DNA of 63,559 nucleotides, counting the filler, from Sphacelaria rigidula (taxonomy: Eukaryota), in NCBI GenBank assembly GCA_964200075.2. It is 4 parts of 4 records of this genome, joined end to end, with 100 filler letters (N's around TTAATTAATTAA, not from the genome) between each part and the next. Parts side by side here need not be neighbours in the genome. Positions count along the whole stretch, not along the records: positions 1 to 15,828 come from CAXNAA020001579.1; positions 15,929 to 31,744 come from CAXNAA020001581.1; 2 more parts are not named here. One strand, 5' to 3'. Positions 13,514 through 25,600 of the stretch are shown here, one piece after another; position 1 is the first letter of the stretch; each line of letters begins with the position of its first letter. A program made the translations under genes and the position numbers. The notes under the pieces were generated by a model. The model did no database searches. It saw nothing but the letters and a program-made list of their open reading frames with translations, and was not told the origin of the DNA.

Positions 13514-14379
13514 GTGAGTGCTCATGGATGTGTGTGCTGCTCTGGAGTAACCCGCACAATCATCGAGAGGTTTACGCAGACTTTCTAATCTATATGCACT
13601 CGTCTTTGTCATTTATTTCAACTCCGTTTGTTCCATCTCTCCCCTTTTTTTTCTTCCACTGTTGTTCTTGAGCGAGCGTTTTCTCTTCTTCACCTTGGGT
13701 ACGTCCATCCACTGGATAATGACCACGACTGGTTTATGACTCCTAGGGGGTCAACTACTGTGCGACAATCAGTGTTTCATTCAGTTTCCTTGACTGTCGA
13801 CGTCAACAGGGCACTTACCGGCAGGGTGCTCTACCAGAAAATACGATGCCTGTTTAAATTTCTTGTTCTCTCATCGTCTGGCTTACATAGGATGACCCTC
13901 TTCCAGCAGTGACAACACACCAGACTACTTCGCCATGTGATGTGTTGTTTTATGTTTTTGTCTACCTACTTGCTGATAACTCTCACTGACTTGGGGAAGT
14001 TCAGTATCGACACCCCCTCCTGAGTGAAGTCGATGATTGATTCATCACACGTACCCTCCTGAGTATCAACAATTCCACTTTCGCATTCACCACGCGAACA
14101 ACGAGTTTAGAGTGTAGCAGACCTGTGTGTCCCAAAACGCTGTCCCATCACCAAGATCACAGGCGAATACGAACAGCAGTGTGCTATAAAGGGACCGTCG
14201 AATCTGATTTTTTTCGTCTCATCCTTACGGTTCGTCCCTCTCGAAACATCCTTTGTACTTATTCATAGATTTATTATTATTATTATTTCGAAGTAAATCC
14301 ATCTCATATACATTATATATAAATTCTGATTACAAATATGAATTCAATTAAAACAAAAACGTTGATTCTGAATTCTCCA

Positions 14380-15720
14380 CACATTGGACAATACAATGTG
14401 TAATATATATTGCCCGCTCAATATATCGACGCGTCGGGTGGTCAATATATATTTGGCGAGCGATGTGATGCCACGAGAGAGGGTCAATACATATATTGTG
14501 CCATTAATATGTCAAGGCTCGCGACATGCAATATATATCGACCGAACAAAATATCACGACACGCGCCACCTCAATGTATATTGGCCGAGTAATATGTCGG
14601 TGCGAGAAGGCACCACTATATATTTGTCGAGTAATATATTGACTGCCATCCGAGGTCAATATATATTGATGATTCAATATACTCGACACCTGAAGCGCCA
14701 ATATATATTGCCGCCCGAATATGTCGTGCGTCAATGCGTTCAATATATATTGGGTGGACAATACACGAGGGAACCGACGGTCACAATACATGTTGGTGTA
14801 GCAAAGTATTGATTTTCAACATATAGGTTGGAAAGTGTATTGGAATTAGTATCATAGGCAGTTCTTTGTTCGCGGGCGCCTTTCAAAGTCGTATTTTACA
14901 TGCCCGAAAAGCTCAATGTATTCCTCCGCAAGCGTGTTCAATATATATATTGACTGCACAATAGCTATCCGATCAGCGTGCGCAATATATATTGGAAAAA
15001 CAATACTTCTGCTCGGTTTGCGTTCAAAAAATATGTTACAGTAACAATATGCTACGCATCGCGTCGACTCAATATATATTGACACTTCAATGCACACACG
15101 GCCGGCATGCGCAATATATATTGAATGTTTTATTTTCGGAGCTACTGCATGTCCAATATATATTGACATACATTACTTCATGATCATGTCACGAGCAATA
15201 TATGTTGTTGCTTCAATATCTCCGAAGACATCTCAACACAACATATATTGAAAAGACAATATTTGCGCTGGCTCCAATACGAAGTATTGGTATCATATTG
15301 GAACATATTATATTGTCCAGGATATAAGCAACACAGCCCCGGTGACCACAGGGGTACCAAAAGGTGCATATCGACCCGCGTTTTCTGTCGTCGTGATGTT
15401 TAGCCAAGATATTTATATTACATGCTGGAAAGGGGGTGGGCGGCCCCGCACTGGTGGCCAGATAGGTATTAGGAGGCATATATACCGGGTCATATTTTCT
15501 GACCGGTATACACACACATATATATATATATATCAAACGCATTCGATAACTTTTCAGAGTAATGCACGCGAACTTCTGCGGTCCCCTTCGAAGCTTTTCC
15601 CAATCTGCACGGGCTCCGGCATCCATCGCGTCTGGATCGCTCTTGAAGCATACACCATACTTATAATATCCAATATACATTGGCACCCACGCGGCCCCAA
15701 TATATATTGACCGGTCAATA
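14380..15720. repeat. AT-rich element densely patterned with CAATATATATTG-like palindromes, probably a non-autonomous DNA transposon
   Basis: Many copies of caatata(ta)ttg in both orientations. No credible ORF. Confidence 0.6.
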
Positions 15721-15828
15721 CGTTCTCATCAACGCGACCCTAGAGTCATCCTACGATAGGGTGGGGGTTATTTTGGGCCATTTGCTGCTCGAAATTTGGA
15801 GTCAGATCGTCGTTGAAAGCAGCAACGG

Positions 15829-15928
15829 NNNNNNNNNNNNNNNNNNNNNNNNNNNNNNNNNNNNNNNNNNNNTTAATTAATTAANNNNNNNNNNNNNNNN
15901 NNNNNNNNNNNNNNNNNNNNNNNNNNNN
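15829..15928. other. Artificial contig linker (N run, TTAATTAATTAA, N run)
   Basis: Exactly 100 nt with a six-frame stop cassette, identical in design to the other two linkers. Confidence 0.97.
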
Positions 15929-16692
15929 AGCAACGACAGAGAGGAAGCTCCTCGCCCGTGTCCTTTGTGTGTCCTCGCTCGGCGATCACCAAACTCTCGA
16001 GAGACTGGCGTCATCGATGTTACCAGCATGTGCCTAATTTTCCATGTGCCGAAACATCGAGCTGCGGAGAGATTTCCTCTCTTCTTACAAGTGTCTGTCG
16101 ACCTCACCAATGCGAATATGGATTTCTCTCTGCCTCTTCATTTGGACAGGACGCGCCTCTTTGCGCTGAAAAACATGTTGAAAAACAGGGCAATGTTCCC
16201 GTCACCGCTACTACTGCTCCCCGTCACACACATGCCAGCAAGGGCGGTGGTGCGGCCATAACAAATAGATTCAATTTGAACTTCGCGGTTGTTATACTCA
16301 TAATTGATTTTACCCACATCTGACCCTCTGGGTGCCCGACGAGAACAGCCTGCCACACGCCAGTTGAGGGGGGTGTATGAGAGGTCAAACACTTGAAGAG
16401 ACCTTCCTGACATGCGGAGTGAAAAAATGTACCTATGGTGGTGACCTCACTGTTGCTAGTGGGCGCATAGCAGTCTGCCCATGCTGCAATCTGGAGCACA
16501 CGCTGGTCGCGTGAACACCTCGGTACAGTTTCGAGTAGCTTTCCACAAATATTCCGATGTGAGGAGATCATGCATTACAAGATGGGATGAGAGTGCTCTA
16601 CGACCAACCACCTGTCGTTGCTTTTGACAACCACGCCATCAACCGCCGACAGCAAAGGTCTTGTGGCTTTCACGCAACGCTGTCGGTTGTAC

Positions 16693-17254
16693 GGCAGGCA
16701 AACCCGATCATAGCTAGCTTTCGGTGCTCTACCGTACTTACTCCCGACCGAAGTTCGCAACAGGTATGAAAGCTAAACAGTTGGTTTTTCTCAACTACAT
16801 CCACACAATTTAAACGACTCTCAAGACCTGAGGGAAGGTGGCCGCCTCGGGTCCGGCTGAACACGCGAAGATACCGTCTAACAGCGATACCAAACCTTTC
16901 TGGGATTGGCATCAGGCAGTCCGTGGAGAACGGAACAAAAATCGACAAGTTACCGTTCGTATTAGAAAACAATGCGCATGAAACGCTTTGCAGGTTGAAA
17001 AACACGTATTTTCGTGGAGAAGAAACTCTCCGTGCCCCCATTAGTGTTGTATGCGGTTGTAAAAACTCTACCATCCTTCATTAATACCTGGCGGGGGGAC
17101 AGGGAAGCCGTCGTTCCTCAGGTCTTGAGAGTCATTTGAATTGGGTGGATGAAGTTGAGAAAAATCAACCGTTTAGCTTTCACACCCGTCGAGAACTTCG
17201 GTCGGGAATAAGTACGGTAGCAATCAAAGCTAGCTACGATTGGGTTTGCCTCCC
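16693..17254. mobile_element. MITE with about 145-bp inverted arms
   Basis: 16696-16840 (aggcaaacccgatc...ctctcaagacctgagg) is the reverse complement of about 17110-17251. Confidence 0.7.
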
Positions 17255-17379
17255 TCGGGCCTTGAGAGTCCTTCATTAACTCAAGACTGATTTTTTTCAG
17301 CTTTTTTCTTGTTTTAGTCGGAAATTTACCCTGAAGAGTCGAAAAGTCTGGAACAAGAGCAACATAAGTTATGTGAGTT

Positions 17380-17700
17380 AAGAAAGACTTTCATACCGGC
17401 CTGTAGTTCTGAATCAAGTAAAACTTTCATACCTGAACCGACAGTTCTGTAAGTACTGTAAGCCTCCTGTACTATTACCCGACAGTTCTGTAAGTTATAC
17501 AATTGTCAACCGTTACGCGGGGCGCGGATATTCCCGTCCAAGAATACCCAGTGGCGGATCCGGTTTTCTGTGCAGCTTTCATACCTTGCCCGATAAGTTC
17601 TGTGAGTTCTGTAAGCCTGCCATACCGTTACTCGATAGTTCTGTAAATTCTGTGAGAAATGTCATTCCCTACCGAACATACTGTACCCTAACCCTACAGC
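17380..17700. mobile_element. Partial copy of the cccgacagttctgt MITE family
   Basis: Same motif-dense sequence as 8259-8815. Confidence 0.55.
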
Positions 17701-18467
17701 ACACTTTCTTGATGAATACTATGCATTTTTGGGACCGAACACGGTACACTGGAACACATACTACCGTCACCGAGCACATGAGTGGATTCATTGGCTCAAG
17801 ACAACAAAATCTGTGAAATCGTCCATCGTTTTCATCCCGCACGTTTGCCTAGCTGATCTTCGGACAACTAGCTCATCTCGAGCCATCGTGACATCTGCGT
17901 ACACGAAAAAAAATGTCACGTTGAAACAAGGATGCAAATACAGCATTTCTCTATTATAGTCATCGACATGGTCACAACATTACATTTCTCGCCTGCTTTG
18001 CAGCTACTGTTTTTTGTCCCCCACGCATACACAGTGAGTCCGGGACAGCTCAGCACTGTGATGTACAGTATGTCTTACAACAGTTGCGAACAGCATATCT
18101 TGCAACACCTATGGTCTATCACGGCAGCGTAGCCCTCAAAAAAACAGCCAAAAAAAGGTAGTCACATTCGAGAAAAAAGTACGGCGAGAAGCCTTTTTCC
18201 GTACACGATTCATCATTAACATCAGTGTCTGCCTTGTACAGGTACCCCCCCCTCCCATCCTCCTCGCTTGCATGATGACTCTATGTTCGGACAGCTCAGT
18301 GACGGGATAGATATATTTTCAAACACCTATATACGGCAGGGCACTCAACCCTTGCCACAGTACTCGTGTGACTAAAACAACGTAGCCATAGCGAACTAGG
18401 ACCGAAGATGGCTGGTCGCCGACTCTACGCCAGCAACGAACACCGCACCGACATGTGCTGCTGCTAG

Positions 18468-19661
18468 TCAAGGTCCTCTTGTAGCCGTGTTGCTAATCGT
18501 ACCAGGCGCCAGGCCCTTCATTGCCAGAGCTTCCAACGTCTGGCTCACATACTCCAATTTCTCGCTCACATACTCCAACTTCTCGCTCACTTTTTCCAGC
18601 TTCCGGCTCATACTTCTCGATACCTCGTCACCTTCTGTCTTCACTCTCCCCACCTTCCGCTCGATTGCGTGTATTTTCTTATCAACGTGGCCCTTGACCT
18701 CCGCTTCGAGGCGATCTCGAAGAAGCTTAATATGCTCAACGGTTGCCAGTCTATTCAGCTCGTCCTGTCTTACTTCGGGGTCGCTCATGGGATCCTCCAG
18801 AAACCGATGGAGGTCGTTGGCCACCAATCGTAGTTTACCGGGCGCTTCCCTCAGCATGTCGTTTACGCTGACTACCGCTCTAGCACGTGGACTAGATAAG
18901 AAAGATGTAGGGATTGAGTTCCCCCCCCCTCTCCAACCCCAGTAGGTTAAACAAGGTCCCAACGGCCACAGCGCTAGCAAGCAAAAAGGTCCCCCTACAA
19001 GGCACCATACAAGAAGTTGCAGTATCCAGAGCAAGAAAAACAGTGCGCGAGCGAACCATGTTGTCCCGCGTTCGTTTTTCAAGAAGTCCTGGTGCGCCGC
19101 AAAGGGCGAGTACGGCGCGGAGACTACCCACAAAAGAGCTCCCCCAGCAACTGCTACCGGACCCATCACGAGCCAAAATACCACCTGCCCTACCGCTCGC
19201 TTGGCGGTGCTATATGCCTTCCCTTGTCTGCAACCGTCGATGACCATAAATGGTGATGACAGGACTAGCTGCAACAAATTGAAGGGGGCTGGAAGCAAGT
19301 CCTTGTCCACAACCAGCCGGTAATGTTGAATCAACCGTGCTTTCGACACCTTGAATTCTTGCTCAGCGTTTTCCTGGACTTGGGCGTGCGACGTACTCAG
19401 AACCGCGATGAGAAGGTTGAGAAGAACGATGGTGATCACGACCAGATACAACGCGAGCAAAATCGTCGCCACGGTCTCATATGTGTCACCGTCGAATTCG
19501 TCAAACAAGGCAGGGTCGCCGAGCATGGCTTTGAATAGACCGAGCAACGTGTCGCGAAGGGTTCCGTCTTCGAGGGCGAAGAACGACATGGCGAAACCGA
19601 ACATGACCACAAGCATCACGACCCCGAACTGTACGAGTTGCCCGGCCATGCTGAATATTAC
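18468..19661 (-). CDS. TRP channel terminal exon: S5, pore, S6, TRP domain, extra hydrophobic segments, coiled coil
   Basis: Acceptor ttggcag|GTA ATA. Motifs LLNLLIAVL and LPAPFNLL. Stop TGA at 18468-18470. Confidence 0.9.
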   Translation of the reverse strand, partial: VIFSMAGQLVQFGVVMLVVMFGFAMSFFALEDGTLRDTLLGLFKAMLGDPALFDEFDGDTYETVATILLALYLVVITIVLLNLLIAVLSTSHAQVQENAEQEFKVSKARLIQHYRLVVDKDLLPAPFNLLQLVLSSPFMVIDGCRQGKAYSTAKRAVGQVVFWLVMGPVAVAGGALLWVVSAPYSPFAAHQDFLKNERGTTWFARALFFLLWILQLLVWCLVGGPFCLLALWPLGPCLTYWGWRGGGNSIPTSFLSSPRARAVVSVNDMLREAPGKLRLVANDLHRFLEDPMSDPEVRQDELNRLATVEHIKLLRDRLEAEVKGHVDKKIHAIERKVGRVKTEGDEVSRSMSRKLEKVSEKLEYVSEKLEYVSQTLEALAMKGLAPGTISNTATRGP

Positions 19662-22600
19662 CTGCCAAAGCAAGGGTAGAACCGAGGGCACACCGGACAG
19701 TGAGTGGTTCAGAATCTATGATGACAGCGAGGCAGTACATACAGCCAGCCACGCACCTTATTGGAGTCGCACACCAACTCTCGGAACAGGTTAGGCGAGA
19801 TGCGAACTCTCCCAGCAGCAAAACACAAAATCGTCAACGACGGGCCCGTTATCCTTCCCGCAACATTTGCGGGGAATTAAACACGAGAAGTATATTACGA
19901 CCTGGTAGGAGATGACGTACTTACGCGATAGCGCACTAATTCACGTGCAGCCCATGCTGTAGTGACTGGCAGACTAGATACGAGCGAGCAGCAACTAGGG
20001 ATTCTAGCCCGGTGAAAATCACCGCAATCCTGATGGGTGCTTTGACTTCTGTATCATCGGTTGGATTACTCCCCGCCCGTCGCAACTCGTATCAAGAGCT
20101 CTAACCATTGACGTTCCAACGCAGATCTTTGACATCTTGCTTTCCGAATACCTGACACAAAACTTCGCGGGGACCTATTTGGCGACGAAGATGAGGAGTT
20201 TCGCTCCTTTCGTAACACCACAATTGTAGTGGATAAGAAGGACGTCAGCACGGTGTATCTACGAGTGGAGGTTTACATAACGACCTAGGTCATGATGTAA
20301 GTCGTCACGCCACATAGCCTACAAAATCATAGAGAATGGAGTACCGGTTAGGCTTGGTCCTCAAACATTCTTCTATTTCCTCTGTGCCATGGGTGAAGTA
20401 CTTTACGTTAGCACGGGCCCTTAACCGTGCCCGATGTCTTAGACGATGTTTATGTTTTTTTTATCTTTCACGGTTTTTAGTTGAAGCCCTGTTTTTTTGT
20501 TCGCGCATTACCGTGCATGAACCAGCGCCCGAAGAAAAACAATCGGCCAAAAAATGGCGGATTCCGCTCCTATTTCAAAAAATTAAAAGTCAGGCTTCCT
20601 CGCGATCGCTGGAACGTGATGCTAGATAGTCCTAGGACTTAGTGAAGGCCTCCTAACCGTATCTTACCACCCTTTCGAACGTTCGTGCCCTCTGCAGCGC
20701 CGATACCCCCGAAAATTTCAAAATACTCCCGAACGATCCCCAAACTTGGACCCACCCGTTCTCAGTACGACCCAAATCGTTTCCAACGGGCACCTCCATG
20801 AATTTCTCTTTGCAACAAACCTAACAATAGCTTAGTGAGCACCTCCGTTGGGAAATACGATCTGCACCCCATGAAAGACTTCACTTGTTCCACGGAGGCA
20901 CTATTGTCTCTGCAAGCGAATGTTTCGCTGTAGAGATCGTTCAACGAGCTCAATACGTATGTCGGGCGATGGAATCATCAACCATGCAGACAGGACGTAA
21001 TATGAATATGTAAACACGACTGTGGGGTAAGCAGGGACAATCTCAACTCGCCTGGACCATCGGACCCTGAAAGCGGAGCATTTGGGCGAAGAACAGAATC
21101 CGCAAGAACAAAAGCGGGGCACTCATGGCGTACAAGCCACGTCCCCACGGACTCGAACCGTCGAAGACTCGGACCAGGTATCCTCCAAACAAGAGGATGA
21201 GGGCCGCCAGGTCCACAAAGTTCCATACATCTCGTGAGTATGTGTTAATGTCTCTCGTCATCTCTCGCCCCTCAGCGTATCCGGCAGCCTTACGAGATTC
21301 GGGGAACGTATCCCAGGAACGGGCAAACGGCGCGGGAATATTCAGTATTTACTTAGGTCGACGCTCCCAGGAGCGAGCAGAACATACCGTACTTCAGCCG
21401 TGTGGTATGTGGAACATTGTATCGGAACATCAAGGGGTAGATCTCACTACCGTACCTTACATGGCCTACTTGAAAATAAGAGCGGAAGGGAACGACATGA
21501 TGTGATCGATGACGGCTTTGAAAGCCTGCCAGCCGAGGTGGTGATAGAGACTGCACGTGCGCCATGTTACGTGATCAACGGGGAGCTGTGCATGCCCCAT
21601 CACGCACCCATGTAAAGTGCGAGAAGCGAAATTGGCACAGAGAACGCTTGTCGCATCCCTGCCTCGCCACCCTCAAACTCACCGCAATGTAAAGCAGGAA
21701 CAACCACTCCCCCGCGGTCACGGCACCATCAGCGTGGAATAGCACCGCTACGGTGAAGACCGCAAGCATGGCAACGTACACGACGAGGTCCAGCACCATC
21801 CTCATGGCCGGCATGCGGTAGTAGTCGTTAGGCCTGCCAACCAGCCCTGCGGCGATGAACTGTGCCCCCGGAAGAATGGCGAGGCTCCGCTTGTCCTCAT
21901 TCGCCCCCTGCAAGCGCTCAACTAAGAATGCACTGCAATTGAGCTTCTCATGATCGAGAACGAGGCCATCGGTGGTGAGGGTGAGCAACTCGCCGTAGTC
22001 GCCTAGGACACCGTCGGTGTCCCCCAGGTCAGGTAGACTCCACGTGAATCTGCGGGAGAGGAAGTCCATCACCAGCGGCATTGTGCAGAACGTTTCCATT
22101 TGCTTCCGCTCCCGAAGTGCCATGCCCAGAGGTCCGGGTCCCGTAGGGTTCGCCGCTGATCCCTCGGGCTCGAACACAGCGGAAAGCCATCCCATACCAT
22201 CTTCGATACCATCCTGCTTCAGAATTTTGAACAAGAGATCATCGAAGCCACGGACTGTTTGCGGCAGCCGCTCCAGTAATTCGAGCAAGAGAGCATCTAC
22301 GCTATCCTGCAGAAATAGAATATTCCTGCGTTCTCCCTCGGGGGCCTTTCCCGCGGCACCGGCAAGCTTCACCGACAGGGTCATGCCGGGGACGAACGGG
22401 TTTCTGGCCGACGTCACGGCACCCAGGCAGACTTCCTTCAACCATTCGAGCGACTTTTCGCGAGACAGCTCAACAAGAAAGCTGTGCGACGGCCGAGCGC
22501 CATATTCCAGAAGGCTAGATAGTATGTCCTTGGCCGCACGTTTCGTCTCTCTGCGCGGGCGCCGCCTTACCACCCTTTCCGCTTCGGTCCAGACCGACAA

Positions 22601-25600
22601 GCCATCTTCTAACGCCTCCGCTACCTGGTTTCGAGCGGTTTGAAGGAGGGAGGAAAGGCGCAAGTTGCTTCCTCGCGGGAACCATCAGTGCAACGATCTT
22701 ACGTTTCAGAGCTCAAAGTTACGCTACATGATCACGACGGGTGGTATACGAAGCGCCGCCTGGCAGAGACACTGTGAGGCGCCAGCTAAAGGCGAAACTG
22801 AAATCTCATGAGTTTATGAGGCCAACCCCCAAGGCCCGCCATTCTATCACGATCCGAATTCAGAGATTCACCGTGCAAAGGTGAATGGTCGATTGAGAGT
22901 TCAACTAAAAGTGTTGAGCCGTCACACGAAGCTCCAGCTCGAAGGAAGCGTCGCGAAGCTTTGAGATTCAACCTTAATAACGAACATATAGTCTTCGCCT
23001 CGAACGTTTAAATTGACCTTCATGGAGGCTCGCCTTCAAAGTCGGAGATTTTCACCCGATGATTCAGACTTCAAGTTGAAGATTCTAGTAAAGATTAAGT
23101 GTTTCAAAATAAAGTTGCTAGTCTGAAGTCAAATATTTCAAAGTGGGGTTTTGGCTTTTACATCAGACGTTTATTTAGAGCTAAGGTGTTCAGTTGCCCG
23201 CTCAACCTCGCCTTCGAGATCGAAGGTTCAAGGTGAGCCTGGCAAAAAGGTTGAACCCTCAAGCTCATCCTTTCATTCTATTCGAAGCGTCAAGTCGAAG
23301 CACCTACAACCAACTTGAAATATTCAAGCTCGCGGGATTTGATATAAACCTTCCATTTGCACTCGACGAAAGTTCATAATCTTTATTGGAACCTTCACTC
23401 GACCTTCCAAGACGACGCCACAATCAGGTTGAATGTTCAAGACAACCTTGGACTCACGTCGATGCTATCCTAACTTTTGTGAATTCCAATTTTCCCTCAA
23501 GTGAATGAACGTTCAACTTTCAACTTGGATATTCAACTTGAATTCAAAATAACCGCGTTTTTGTTCTCTTCACTTTTCTCCAGGGAATGTTCTCATCGTG
23601 TTCTAGTCTTGGGTACGTCCATCATGCGCCCGCTGCTCACGCCTGGGGGACCAACTAAAGTGCGACAATCAATCAACCTACCAATCAATCAAGCGGTTAC
23701 CCGACAACACCTACCCCGTGGTTCGTCCACGCTGACAGCAGCTAATTTGACGCCCACAGCCGCGCTGCAGTCACACTTTCCTTTCAACATATCAAGGGCA
23801 GAGGGTACAGTGTTCGGAAGGCGCTTGGAACAACCAGAGGACACACGTCTCGGCGGCGGCGCGTTCCAAGCGCTTCGGAGTTGGATGCATACTGCAGTAC
23901 GATACACGTCGCACCTGCTTATCCGCCAAGTGTTCCCGCATGTACGTTTTCATCAGCTTCATACCGATGTTCCATAGATCAACGCTCATGGACTCAATCA
24001 AGATTGACATCAGGGTGCTATCCTGGTTGTTCCTGTGCGGTATCAGCTCGTTTACCTGAGAGCCCATGCACAACAAAATACGGTCGAAATGGGACGGGGA
24101 AAACTTGTGGTCAATCGTGCCTCCGGCGAAGCGCGAGTTTCGTGAAGGCGAAAAGAATATCAATGGAAGAAATAATTATGCTAACGCTTCAGCCTTCTAA
24201 AAGGAACTACCGACAACGACTACCCAACTCAAGGAACGAACTTGTTCGTACCATACCTGCTCGTCGGTGAGCCGTTTTCCACACGCGTCCACAACGGCTT
24301 CGAACGCATCCTTGTTCTCGCCGCTTGCTGCCAATGTCAGTACCGTGTCACCTTTCGATATTGACATCAACATCGTGCTGACCTGGAGGACAGGGACACA
24401 ACATAGAGCCCGGAGAAATGATGGATATTTTCAGCTTTGCCTGATCCGTCATCTATCCCGAAATATGGCGCATCTAAGGTTCTACACCAAAATCAATATA
24501 TTACGAGCAGAGGCACTAGATGCACTAAATCTGGATATCGCGTCTCAGTTCTTGAGAGTTGTGATTTGAAGTTTCGCACGGAGAGTCGCTAGTGTGTCAT
24601 GGTTTGATACTTACCGTCTGAGGGTGTAAGGTGCCAGTTCGTGGGCACCTCGGCCGTCGCGCTCAAACACAGTCAAGTGTATCGATCCATTGAGCTCGAC
24701 TGTATCAAGTGCGGAGTCAACCCAGGTTCGCAGCGTCGGGTTGCATACCCGTGAGCCGCGCAGGCTGCAGGACAACATATGTTGCATGGAGGTCAGGCTT
24801 ACATTGTGAAAAGACCAGAGATCCCTCTGATACCGCAGTTCTTGATGGCGCAGATGCTCTTGCATTATTGGCGTACAGGCTAACTTGTGCTTTGCTAGTT
24901 GAGATGCATAGTTCAAAACGTTGTGACACCTGAGGGAAGACAAATCAAATCTGCCACAAAATGTAGTATGACCCATCAGGTACCAAGCATGACAAAGTAT
25001 GACACATGGAACCTAATCGACTGGGAAATGACCAATAAATCTGTAACAAGTGCATAGTGAAGGAGAAAAAGCACAGGCGCTAAAGCACACGTAGTGCAAG
25101 TGGAAAACCTAGGATATACATCCTACAATTCGTGAACACTCACGTTGAGATCGTTACAACTAATACTCGCATACGCAGAAAAAATACGGACTTTGGACTT
25201 TCAAGAACACGTGGGACGCGCATCAGTCCGATCGGGTTTGTCCTTGGGCGGAGTCCAGACGGTTGGCCACAAGAATCGCCCACTAAGAGCGTGAGCACGT
25301 ACAGTAGGATGTAAAAAAAAAATCGCCGTGAAACCGGGCAGATAATACCCGCATGTCAACCAGAAATCATGCTTCAGTAGTACTAGACATCAGCCGAGTA
25401 GTACAAAGTTACGTTTCATAAAAGGCATTTCTCCATCCGCACAGGAGCGTCTCTATCTTCATCGATGAGTATACAATGTGTCATCGAGTTCGCAGTACTG
25501 TCACACCGAACCTCGTACCCAATGAACCTAGTTCACGGGGTACGCCGTCAGGCTAGGCCGTAGAACGTAAGGGACAAAAGAGGCTTGTGGAGCTCTCGAA

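Noticed and set aside
15873-15884. TTAATTAATTAA as a biological motif or piggyBac target site
   Set aside because: It sits within N runs and is identical at all three joins, so it is a synthetic spacer.
22017-22643. Plus-strand ORFs overlapping the TRP exons (also 18487-18945 and 19351-19794)
   Set aside because: Antisense shadows of GC-rich coding exons.
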